Source of the DNA: a virus
Taxonomy: Duplodnaviria; Caudoviricetes
Strand: one strand, 5' to 3'
Virus record (IMG/VR): IMGVR_UViG_3300039180_001171
Span: 1 to 31,652 of that record
DNA length: 31,652 bases
Shown: piece after piece, positions 10,789 to 18,550 of the stretch
Layout: each line of letters opens with the position of its first letter
How positions within the stretch are numbered: position 1 is the first letter of the stretch
Notes under the pieces: generated by a model
Seen by the model: the letters and a program-made list of their open reading frames with translations, nothing else
Told to the model about the DNA's origin: nothing
Database searches by the model: none
Position numbers and translations under genes: made by a program

Positions 10789-10790
10789 AA

Positions 10791-11966
10791 TTATCCTATA
10801 TAAATTTTTAATGGTACCCGGTTAAGTGTTTGTTGAAGATTTTCTGATTCCTCCCTTTTCATTTCTAACTGCTTATGTCTACCTGTTGCTTCTAAAGTTT
10901 CTCTTAGCTGAGTAAGTAGGTATTCTTTCTCTGAAGCTGCTTCTGATTTCAAAGATGACCCATCTAAACTAACTTCTGAATTAGGTATCGGTATAGAGCT
11001 ATACTTACTACGTATAGCGCCTAACAACTCTTTGGAGAGTGCAGCTGCATACTTCCATATCCATTGCTTACCAACACTATTAATCTCTTTATATGTTAAG
11101 TTAGTTAATGGAACATTACTGTAGTCACTAATAACTCCTGACCCATCACTACCATAATCACTCGTCCGTAATGGATTATCCCTCTCTGCTTCTACATAGT
11201 ATTCAAACCATACCTTACCACCACTATTATTTGGGCGTGGGAATAGTTTTAATTCATTATTACGTAATTGGAAACTGTATGCTGATTTCCTAATTTGATC
11301 ATTAAATTCAATTGCTTGCATTCTTAATATATCTGCAAATACAGGCATCATTAAGAAGTTCATACCAGGTGACATTCCACCCCAACCAAATCCATCTAAC
11401 ATTTGCTGCGAACCAGCTCCGGTTCCTACATACGGATCGAAAAACCTTGTAATAGCTGGTGTTGCTTCGAAGAATACCCTCGTTACTACAATACGCTTAC
11501 TACTCTCATTATCAGCTGCCCAGAGTGTCTGGAGATCATACTCTTGTTGATCTGCAACTAATGTTACTGACCCTGATTTATATGCTACATTACCTCCTGA
11601 ACCTGCTTCTGTTCCATAATTTTCAGCTATGGATAATTGCGGTCCAAGTGTTGGCGTTATCTCTCTACCAGTAAAAGAGCTTGCTGTAGAGTATCCTTTT
11701 ACATCTAGCATAGTTTCACGTATCCTAAATTGATTTACTTGTGCACCGTACTCCGTTACTGATTCTTCAAAGCATGCATAAAATTGAATGTCCTGCATTT
11801 CAATATCAGTGATAGGATATCCTAACTTTTTAGCACAGAAATCAGCTACCTTTAAGCTTTCAGATACATACACTGCGTCTGTATCGTATAACCCGAAAGG
11901 TGTGCTTCCACTAACTGTACTTATGCTCCCGCTCCCGGGCCAAATTTGAATATCTAATCGTGCCAT
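10791..11966 (-). CDS. Neck / head-tail adaptor protein (T4 gp13-like)
   Basis: KLGYPITDIEM..Q N-terminal motif and WIWKYAAALSKELLGAIRSKY..IP...V.LDG..L..EA C-terminal motif typical of gp13. Confidence 0.75.
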   Translation of the reverse strand: MARLDIQIWPGSGSISTVSGSTPFGLYDTDAVYVSESLKVADFCAKKLGYPITDIEMQDIQFYACFEESVTEYGAQVNQFRIRETMLDVKGYSTASSFTGREITPTLGPQLSIAENYGTEAGSGGNVAYKSGSVTLVADQQEYDLQTLWAADNESSKRIVVTRVFFEATPAITRFFDPYVGTGAGSQQMLDGFGWGGMSPGMNFLMMPVFADILRMQAIEFNDQIRKSAYSFQLRNNELKLFPRPNNSGGKVWFEYYVEAERDNPLRTSDYGSDGSGVISDYSNVPLTNLTYKEINSVGKQWIWKYAAALSKELLGAIRSKYSSIPIPNSEVSLDGSSLKSEAASEKEYLLTQLRETLEATGRHKQLEMKREESENLQQTLNRVPLKIYIG

Positions 11967-11994
11967 ATATTTCCCTTACTTGTGATTATAGTTT

Positions 11995-12010
11995 ATCATA
12001 TATAAATATG
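11995..12010 (-). promoter_or_regulatory. Late-promoter-like motif CATATTTATATATGAT
   Basis: Upstream of the neck gene. 16-bp identical to 19424-19439. Confidence 0.65.
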
Positions 12011-12017
12011 TAAAAGC

Positions 12018-12680
12018 TTAAGAAGACGGGAAGTTTTCGTATACTTCTAATAAATCTTTAAGGATTGGATGTCTATAATTTTCTAATAACTCAACTGTAT
12101 GAATACCTTTAACGCGTTTAATAGAGGATAAAAATGCTAATCCACTATCCCTCTGCCTTTTTAAATCCACCTGCCCTACATCACCACAAAAGAACATTTT
12201 AGAATCGCGACCAATACGTTGTAATATCATTAATGTCTGCGCATTATCTAGATTTTGACACTCATCTACCAATACAACAGAATTTGTAAATGTTCTACCT
12301 CTCATATAACTTACAGGGACAATTTCTATCTGCTCTCTAGCTACCATCTCATCTATACGTTCCTTTCTCAATAACTGGTACATATTACCATAGATAGGTG
12401 CTACCCATGGATCCATTTTTTCTTTAATATTACCTGGTAGATGACCTATATCTTCTTTAGATATTGTCGGTCTTGTAATTACTATCCTATTAACTTGCTT
12501 TTCAAGTAATGCTTGCAAAGCAATTTGACATGCGAGTAATGTTTTACCACTACCAGCTTTTCCTATAATCACAGATACATCATTTTGTAGGATGTTTGCT
12601 TTAGCTAATTTTTGCTCTTGAGTTAATGATAGTTTGAAGCGGTAACCTTTTTTGTTGTTTTTCGGCTTATCTTTATACAT
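12018..12680 (-). CDS. phoH: PhoH-family ATPase
   Basis: Walker A GKAGSGKT, ITRP, GHLPG, YMRGRTF, Walker B VDECQN, GD..Q.D and RHP. Confidence 0.95.
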   Translation of the reverse strand: MYKDKPKNNKKGYRFKLSLTQEQKLAKANILQNDVSVIIGKAGSGKTLLACQIALQALLEKQVNRIVITRPTISKEDIGHLPGNIKEKMDPWVAPIYGNMYQLLRKERIDEMVAREQIEIVPVSYMRGRTFTNSVVLVDECQNLDNAQTLMILQRIGRDSKMFFCGDVGQVDLKRQRDSGLAFLSSIKRVKGIHTVELLENYRHPILKDLLEVYENFPSS

Positions 12681-12716
12681 GTAATATCTCTTAAAACTTA
12701 AGTTTAAAACTTTAAT

Positions 12717-12736
12717 ATAAGTAGTAAGTTTTGCAA
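12717..12736 (-). promoter_or_regulatory. Late-promoter-like motif TACTTAT with upstream TTGCAAAAC
   Basis: Between the MCP terminator and phoH. TTGCAAAAC is also upstream of the 19431 copy. Confidence 0.55.
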
Positions 12737-12743
12737 TGTAAAC

Positions 12744-12777
12744 AAAAAAAAAGGCCTCAAATAAATGAGGCCTTTTT
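12744..12777 (-). terminator. Rho-independent terminator after the major capsid gene (possibly bidirectional)
   Basis: Perfect inverted repeat AAAAAGGCCTCA-aataaa-TGAGGCCTTTTT with a long T tract on the minus strand. Confidence 0.88.
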
Positions 12778-12799
12778 AATATTAAATCAATAAAGATAA

Positions 12800-14497
12800 T
12801 TACAGAGTATGTAATCCTTTTACGTTGATCTTACCATAGAATTCTGGTCTTACAATTTTCTTCGCGTAACGTGTCATAACACCTTTACGTGGAGTGAAGT
12901 TTGTAGGATCATAAACTAAAGGAGTCATAATCAATGGAACGTAAGGAGCATAAACTGCACCTGTTTCTAAAAATTGTGTACCTCTAAAGCCCATCAAGAT
13001 TGTGTTAGACTGAATGTAAGGATTTTTGTAAACAGTAAATCTGTTTGCTAATTGTCCTACTTTCTGAACACCCATTGCAAATGATGATTGATTTCCATCA
13101 GTATCAGCTGCATATCCTGGAATTGATTCTAAGATTGTTGCAACATCTGGAGAACATACTAACCAGTTAGCACCACCACGCATAGTTTTTGCATGAATTT
13201 TGTTCGAAACTTTTTGTATTTTCGTACCTAAAGTTTGGAACCAAGTACCTTGGTTATAAGCTTCACCAGTGTTTGCTACTGCCCAATTGTTATTACCGTC
13301 ATATTTTTCACCAGTAGTAACTGACCAATTTTCTTCAACTAATGCATTGTTCATTAACATGTCTAAGATTTCTAAGTCAATCTCTTGAGAGATGTATTCA
13401 GATAACATAGAAGTTAATTCAGCTTCAGCATCAATAGAATGGTAAGCATTAAGATCTTGCGCGAACTCTGGAGTCCAAACAGCCTTAAGCTTTCTAGTCT
13501 TAGCTACAATTGCAATTGATTTCATTTCCAAGTTAATTTCTGGAATTGTTAAATTATCAGTTGCTTGTGGTCTTCCTTGTGCGCCGTCTTCAAAATCACC
13601 TCTTGCGATGTCAGATGGAGCTGCTTGGAAATCTACTTTGTAAAGCTTTCTATTAGCAGTACTTGCACCAGATCCAGATACTACAAATCTTACGTGAGTT
13701 GCTGCTGCAGGAGCTACTTCAGTTCCTGATGAATTAACTAATTGAGTAAATTCTTTGAAACTCTTAGCAACAGTTGCTGTTGCTGTTGGATGAGATAATT
13801 CCCAAGATTTTACTGTATCTACGTCGTAAGCTCCTGATGTAGAAGATGTTACTTCTGCTAAAGCTACTTGTACAAAATGTACGTTGTTTGAAGCAGCACC
13901 ACCATTAAACTGACCAGCGTAAGATTGAGAAAATACAGTGTTAAAGTTGTACATGTCACCTGTTAATGATCCTGATGTTGCAGTGATCGTTGCTGATGAA
14001 GATGCAAAATTTACAGAGTATCCATATCTACCTGCACCATAAAGACCTTCTGAAGGGTCACCTGCAGCTTCTGTTTCACCAAAAACTGAGTCTTTTTGTG
14101 AAGCTTTGCCAGAGTTAGTAGTAAATCCAGTACCGTTATCAGTTCCATATTTATAATCTAAATAAAATATTAGACCTGATGGTAAATTCATTGGTTGAAC
14201 CGATACAAATTCCTTTGCAGCGATCTCAGCGAACACTCTTCGAACTAATGGTAAAGCTACACCTGACCACTCTTCCGAGTTAGATGCAGTACCTGTTCTT
14301 GATGTTTCGTCGATTAATTGTTTAGCTTGGTTTTCTAGCAATATTGCCATACCATGCTTTTCGTATTCGTTAGAAAGTCCTTCTAATAAACCAGTTCTGT
14401 TCCACTTGCTTACAATTCCTTTTGTTTCAGATAATTGTGCTTTGTGATTGTTACTAGTATTAGCTAAGATGTTTCCAACAGTTGTTTGTCTTGCCAT
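12800..14497 (-). CDS. gp23: Major capsid protein (T4 gp23-like)
   Basis: PLVRR, VSVQPMNLPSGLIFYL, AKTRKLKAVWTPEFAQDLNAYH.IDAEAEL, YAPYVPL, F.PRKGVMTRY. GAGGAG SD. Confidence 0.96.
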   Translation of the reverse strand: MARQTTVGNILANTSNNHKAQLSETKGIVSKWNRTGLLEGLSNEYEKHGMAILLENQAKQLIDETSRTGTASNSEEWSGVALPLVRRVFAEIAAKEFVSVQPMNLPSGLIFYLDYKYGTDNGTGFTTNSGKASQKDSVFGETEAAGDPSEGLYGAGRYGYSVNFASSSATITATSGSLTGDMYNFNTVFSQSYAGQFNGGAASNNVHFVQVALAEVTSSTSGAYDVDTVKSWELSHPTATATVAKSFKEFTQLVNSSGTEVAPAAATHVRFVVSGSGASTANRKLYKVDFQAAPSDIARGDFEDGAQGRPQATDNLTIPEINLEMKSIAIVAKTRKLKAVWTPEFAQDLNAYHSIDAEAELTSMLSEYISQEIDLEILDMLMNNALVEENWSVTTGEKYDGNNNWAVANTGEAYNQGTWFQTLGTKIQKVSNKIHAKTMRGGANWLVCSPDVATILESIPGYAADTDGNQSSFAMGVQKVGQLANRFTVYKNPYIQSNTILMGFRGTQFLETGAVYAPYVPLIMTPLVYDPTNFTPRKGVMTRYAKKIVRPEFYGKINVKGLHTL

Positions 14498-14523
14498 TGT
14501 TTATCTCCTCGATATTATTATTA

Positions 14524-15666
14524 TTATTTTGTTAATCCGGCTAACTTCTTGAACCTTGAAGCCATTGCAGCGCCTTCTGAAAGTACTGCTCTTCTTGGTT
14601 TAGTTGATCCACCTGCTTTAGATGCAAATCCTTCTTTGATTGCTTTCCTTTTTACAGTTGTTCTTGTAGCCATTGTAGATTCTGCTAAAGTAGTGTAAAC
14701 TAATTTAACTTCTCTAGTTGATTTTGCTCGGTCAAAAGTTTCAATTACTTTCATTTTTTGACTTTCATTCAAGTTACCATTTCTAAATAATTTGTTAGTA
14801 AATAACAATTTTGCATTTAGTAAGTTAACTTCATTGATTTTACTTCTTAAGAATTTCACTACTGAGTAGGATTCTTGAAGTTTTTCAGTTAGGTTGTTGA
14901 TCACTTCTGATTCACCTTCCATTCCGTCTTCAGATTCTTCTAATTCTTCTTCATCTTCTTCTCTTAAAGATCTGATGACTTCCTCTAAATCGATTTCGTC
15001 TTCGTCTTCTTCAGTTAAAGTATCTAAAGTTTCAGATTCACCTTCCATTCCGTCTTCTGACTCTGCTACTACTTTAGCACCTGTTCCTTCTGGATCATCT
15101 GTGCTGTCCGCGCTAGCTGCTGGTGCAGGTTGTTTGTTGTCGGAACCTCCGATTGCTGATGATGTATCATTTGATTCACGTACCGCTGCTCCATCTTCTT
15201 CAGCTGATATTTCGTTATCAAATTCTTCTTCAACTACATCTGCGTCAATTTCGTCTTCAAGCTCTTTAATAATAGCTTCAAGTTCTAAATCGTCTTCTTC
15301 TTCAACTGGTGCGTCAAGTATTTCTTCTTCATCTTCGTCGATTGGTAATTCTTCTTCACCATCTTCGTCGATTGAAAATTCACCCTCTTCGTCTTCCTCT
15401 ATTGAAAATTCTTCCTCTTCGTCTTCTTCTACTGCGAACGGCTCATCAGCAACACCACCATCTTCGTAGTCACCTTCTATTGCTAATTCGTCTTCCATTT
15501 CGTCTTCTTCTAATTCATCATATTCTGCTTCCTCGCGGATTTTTGCAGAAATCATGGATTGAAGTTTCGGTGTAAAAGCTTCTTCAAGAGCAAGTTTTGC
15601 GTTTGCAAGAGCGGTTGTTCTAACAGCTTTAGCATCAGCGATTGCTTCTTTTAATAGATCATTCAT
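14524..15666 (-). CDS. Prohead scaffold/core protein (gp22-analogous)
   Basis: Very acidic central region and helical ends (LLKEAIADAKAV; EVNLLNAKLL; RFKKLAGL). Immediately upstream of MCP, with AAGGAG SD. Confidence 0.75.
   Translation of the reverse strand: MNDLLKEAIADAKAVRTTALANAKLALEEAFTPKLQSMISAKIREEAEYDELEEDEMEDELAIEGDYEDGGVADEPFAVEEDEEEEFSIEEDEEGEFSIDEDGEEELPIDEDEEEILDAPVEEEDDLELEAIIKELEDEIDADVVEEEFDNEISAEEDGAAVRESNDTSSAIGGSDNKQPAPAASADSTDDPEGTGAKVVAESEDGMEGESETLDTLTEEDEDEIDLEEVIRSLREEDEEELEESEDGMEGESEVINNLTEKLQESYSVVKFLRSKINEVNLLNAKLLFTNKLFRNGNLNESQKMKVIETFDRAKSTREVKLVYTTLAESTMATRTTVKRKAIKEGFASKAGGSTKPRRAVLSEGAAMASRFKKLAGLTK
14909..15057. repeat. 23-bp direct repeat inside the scaffold gene (14909-14931 and 15035-15057)
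   Basis: gattcaccttccattccgtcttc occurs twice and encodes the duplicated ESEDGMEGESE peptide. Confidence 0.85.
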
Positions 15667-15791
15667 TGTCTATTCTCCTTAAATTTGTTTGTGGAAATAA
15701 GAATATTAGGATTCTTAATAATAATTAATTTTGTATTTTCACACCACATATAGAATGCTTATGTTTAAGCGTAGTGTATTCTTATCTTTTA

Positions 15792-15800
15792 ATAAATATG
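15792..15800 (-). promoter_or_regulatory. Late-promoter-like motif CATATTTAT
   Basis: Immediately downstream of the bS21 terminator and upstream of the scaffold-MCP unit. Confidence 0.62.
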
Positions 15801-15802
15801 CC

Positions 15803-15829
15803 AAAAAAAAAGAAACCACTAGGGTTTCT
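15803..15829 (-). terminator. Rho-independent terminator after bS21
   Basis: Minus strand AGAAACC-ctagt-GGTTTCT followed by a run of Ts, about 25 nt after the bS21 stop. Confidence 0.75.
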
Positions 15830-15854
15830 CTTAATTTATTATATATGTTTAATG

Positions 15855-16226
15855 TTACTGTGCTTTACCGTCTATTATTGCAACCCAAACCTCCTTACTC
15901 TCACGCTTTATATTACGTATATCATTCATACTGGTTATAGCTGCAACTCTCTTACGAGCTTCATACTTAGCTTTTGAAGGTTTTTCATACCTCCTCCTAT
16001 CTTTAAATTCATCAATTATTCCCGTCATCTTCATCATTTTCTTGAAGCGCTTTAGTGCTTGTCCTATATCTCCATCAGGAACTCGTACTGCTCTAGCACA
16101 CCCAGGTACTTGGAAATCTTCGCGGGTTAATTTTTTTCTTTTTTTGAAATGTGGTTTCTTAGAATCGTGATTCCTAGAATTCGTATCAGATTGATTACGA
16201 TGTTTTTGTTGTCTGTTGTAAGCCAT
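15855..16226 (-). CDS. rpsU: Phage-encoded 30S ribosomal protein bS21 with basic N-terminal extension
   Basis: Core AVRVPDGDIGQALKRFKKMM..GIIDEFKDRRRYEKPS matches the bS21 pattern (V.V...IE.ALKRFK......G...E...R..YEKPS). Sits between the protease and scaffold/MCP genes, as reported for bS21 phages. Confidence 0.88.
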   Translation of the reverse strand: MAYNRQQKHRNQSDTNSRNHDSKKPHFKKRKKLTREDFQVPGCARAVRVPDGDIGQALKRFKKMMKMTGIIDEFKDRRRYEKPSKAKYEARKRVAAITSMNDIRNIKRESKEVWVAIIDGKAQ

Positions 16227-16257
16227 TAGTTTGTTTTAGTTATTACTTAATTTATAT

Positions 16258-16288
16258 TAAATATACGAAAAATAAGTTAAGTTACCAA
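16258..16288 (-). promoter_or_regulatory. Bacteroidota-type sigma-A-like promoter upstream of bS21
   Basis: Minus strand TTG-N20-TATATTTA (ttg gtaacttaacttatttttcg tatattta) resembles the TTG-N19-21-TAnnTTTG consensus. Same architecture upstream of terminase. Confidence 0.6.
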
Positions 16289-16305
16289 CTGAATGGTTGT
16301 TTTTT

Positions 16306-16791
16306 TTATTTACCGTCGTCAAATCTACGCTTTTTACCTTTTTTATCTGTATAGAAAACTGGGTTTTCCTTAAGGTCAGCATTTTTAGGAGCAATAGGAG
16401 CTGTATTATCAACATCTGCTATTTCATAATAACGGCTTAACTTACCACCTATGTTCTCATACATTGCTTCTAAACGGTGCTGTAATGTACTAACTTCTTT
16501 TGCAGTTTTTTCGAAGATTTTAACACTATCTTTAATTTCTTTTACATCCTTCTTAACAGTTACACCATCAAACCAATCCTCAGTTTCATCTAATGCTAAC
16601 CTTCCAGCAAAATCACTAATAATCTTTATTGCCTCAACGACTTCTTTAACATCCTTTTGTCTGTATACATGTTGTTGAAAATTATTAAATTTGTTAACTG
16701 CATCTACAACAAGTTGTCGTTGTTTACCGTTTAATTTTTTGTAATTTTCTTCTTGCTTTGTTTCGCTTAATATGCGTTTCATTCTAATCAT
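16306..16791 (-). CDS. Hypothetical helical protein, putative prohead-core/internal protein (start revised to ATG 16791)
   Basis: The ORF-track start at 16818 overlaps the protease gene. ATG 16791 (MIRMKRILSE) follows AGGGAATACT, the same context as the 1816-aa gene start. Confidence 0.65.
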   Translation of the reverse strand: MIRMKRILSETKQEENYKKLNGKQRQLVVDAVNKFNNFQQHVYRQKDVKEVVEAIKIISDFAGRLALDETEDWFDGVTVKKDVKEIKDSVKIFEKTAKEVSTLQHRLEAMYENIGGKLSRYYEIADVDNTAPIAPKNADLKENPVFYTDKKGKKRRFDDGK

Positions 16792-16799
16792 AGTATTCC

Positions 16800-17432
16800 C
16801 TAGTCTGCTGGACAACAACCTTTCATTTCACAAAGAATGTCCCTAATAATTGTATTTACTTTATTATAACTCTGATTTGTTTTTATCACACTTTCTGAAA
16901 GTATACCTTCACTTTGAATAGGTTTCATAAATGCACCATGCGTGGATGGGTTACTAACAAAATCCCAACATATAAGTTCAAAATCATCTTCTACTGCTAC
17001 CGTTCCTTCGTCTAACTCTCTAACTGACCCTAAACCTCTAGAGCTAATACCTAATAATATACCTGCTTTTAATAGTTCCTTTAAAATATTACCTGATGGT
17101 GTACCTAAGATTTCTACCTTACCTATAACATCATCACCACTCCACCAACAATCAACTATGTTATGTGATACATTGTTTAAATTTACTACTGACGATTCAG
17201 GGTGATCTAACTCTCCTAAAGCTCGTTTTTCTGCTATTTGTGTTTTTTTATAGTTAGCTACTTCACGTGCTAAAATATCTTTTGGATATATTCTACCGTT
17301 TTGGTTTTTTGCACCTGATCGCTGTAATACACCTTCCACTATTACTCGACCATCATTATTAGCTATTGATTCATTTATCTGCTGCGGTGTTACCAGGAAT
17401 GGTATATAATCTACTAATACTTTTCTTTCCAT
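16800..17432 (-). CDS. gp21: Prohead core protease (T4 gp21-like, peptidase U9)
   Basis: EGVLQR...KNQNGRIYP, ALGELDHP, VSH, GISSRGLGS (catalytic Ser), WDFVSNPS. Confidence 0.95.
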   Translation of the reverse strand: MERKVLVDYIPFLVTPQQINESIANNDGRVIVEGVLQRSGAKNQNGRIYPKDILAREVANYKKTQIAEKRALGELDHPESSVVNLNNVSHNIVDCWWSGDDVIGKVEILGTPSGNILKELLKAGILLGISSRGLGSVRELDEGTVAVEDDFELICWDFVSNPSTHGAFMKPIQSEGILSESVIKTNQSYNKVNTIIRDILCEMKGCCPAD

Positions 17433-17938
17433 TATGATCCCAAATTTCTCATTGCGTGACCTACCCGTGTCATACGTTCACTAATTTTACCAAATTTAGC
17501 TCTTGTTGACTTCCAGTAGTTTTCACTAGTTACACCCATCTCTGTTTTTAACTTATTATTCTGATGAATGATTCTTTCTATTTCATACAGCTTTCGATTA
17601 ACCTCTTTTATTGAGTTATTAACCTTTTGCTTTGCTGACATAGATTCATCTTTTTTGTAATCGCGATAACTTATCTCACTCATTACTTGCTTATATACTG
17701 ATTCGCCCATGTTTCCTTTAAATATTTTTTTTGGTTTTTCTTTTACTATAGAGAATCCAGTACTATTAGTAGCAACATCATTGGTTTTCTTTTTATCCAT
17801 GTTACGACCTTTACCGAATGCCATTGGTGTCTTTGTAGGTCCTTCCCCACCATCCATATCACCTGTTACATTCATCTCTTCTAACTCTTCTTGAGATTTA
17901 TCTAACTCGCTTAACATTTTTTTAATGAATGATTCCAT
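17432..17938 (-). CDS. Hypothetical protein, putative prohead-core component
   Basis: 168 aa, translationally coupled to the protease gene, with LxE motifs and a coiled-coil C-half. Confidence 0.6.
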   Translation of the reverse strand: MESFIKKMLSELDKSQEELEEMNVTGDMDGGEGPTKTPMAFGKGRNMDKKKTNDVATNSTGFSIVKEKPKKIFKGNMGESVYKQVMSEISYRDYKKDESMSAKQKVNNSIKEVNRKLYEIERIIHQNNKLKTEMGVTSENYWKSTRAKFGKISERMTRVGHAMRNLGS

Positions 17939-18546
17939 TAATTACGCTTCTCTAAACCTCTAAGTTCTTGAATAGTGTTATATATTTTTGATTCTTGAAT
18001 TCTTGTAGATCGTGATGTTATTGATTCTTTTTTACTGTCATCGTCAGCTGACTCTATATCATTCATATCATCATCATCTAAGAACTCAGCTGCTAGTTCA
18101 GCATCATCTGCAATAGCATTGGCTGCATCCCATCTTACTGTACCGTCAGCATCTTCAGCTTCCTCTTCGCTCCAACCAAGATACTCCATTGCAACTTCTG
18201 ATGTACCCATATCATCCAATAACTCTTCTACGTGACTAACAACAGCATCACGATTTTTCTTTATGAATGCTGTTCTTTTATCTGTTGAATTAGGCTCTGC
18301 TTTTTTACCTACTTCTTTACTTGCAACTTTATGTGCAGCTTTATATTCATCTGAATCTTTATCATGTTTCATCATCTGTACACCTGCTGTTGTATCTTTA
18401 CCAGCAACATTTACCTTAGTGGTTGGACGCATTTTATGTATAGCTTGATATTTGTCAAACGCAGCTTTGTCTTTGAAATCTATTTCTTTAAGTCTAGATT
18501 CCTTGATTAAGTGTTTGTCTTGCCAGTTTTTAATGTTAAATTTCAT
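17938..18546 (-). CDS. Hypothetical protein, putative internal head protein
   Basis: 202 aa. N-terminal LIKESRLKE propeptide-like segment and C-terminal IQE repeats. Confidence 0.55.
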   Translation of the reverse strand: MKFNIKNWQDKHLIKESRLKEIDFKDKAAFDKYQAIHKMRPTTKVNVAGKDTTAGVQMMKHDKDSDEYKAAHKVASKEVGKKAEPNSTDKRTAFIKKNRDAVVSHVEELLDDMGTSEVAMEYLGWSEEEAEDADGTVRWDAANAIADDAELAAEFLDDDDMNDIESADDDSKKESITSRSTRIQESKIYNTIQELRGLEKRN

Positions 18547-18550
18547 AATA

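Noticed and set aside
12694-12705. Palindrome AAACTTAAGTTT upstream of phoH
   Set aside because: Single AT-rich 12-mer, plausible by chance.
14894-15469. 191-aa Ser-rich + strand ORF
   Set aside because: Antisense shadow of the GAA/GAT-rich acidic scaffold gene (TTC/TCT/TCA repeats).
16284-16307. Weak hairpin plus T-run between the 161-aa gene and bS21
   Set aside because: Stem is only 4 bp and the T-run is on the non-coding strand.
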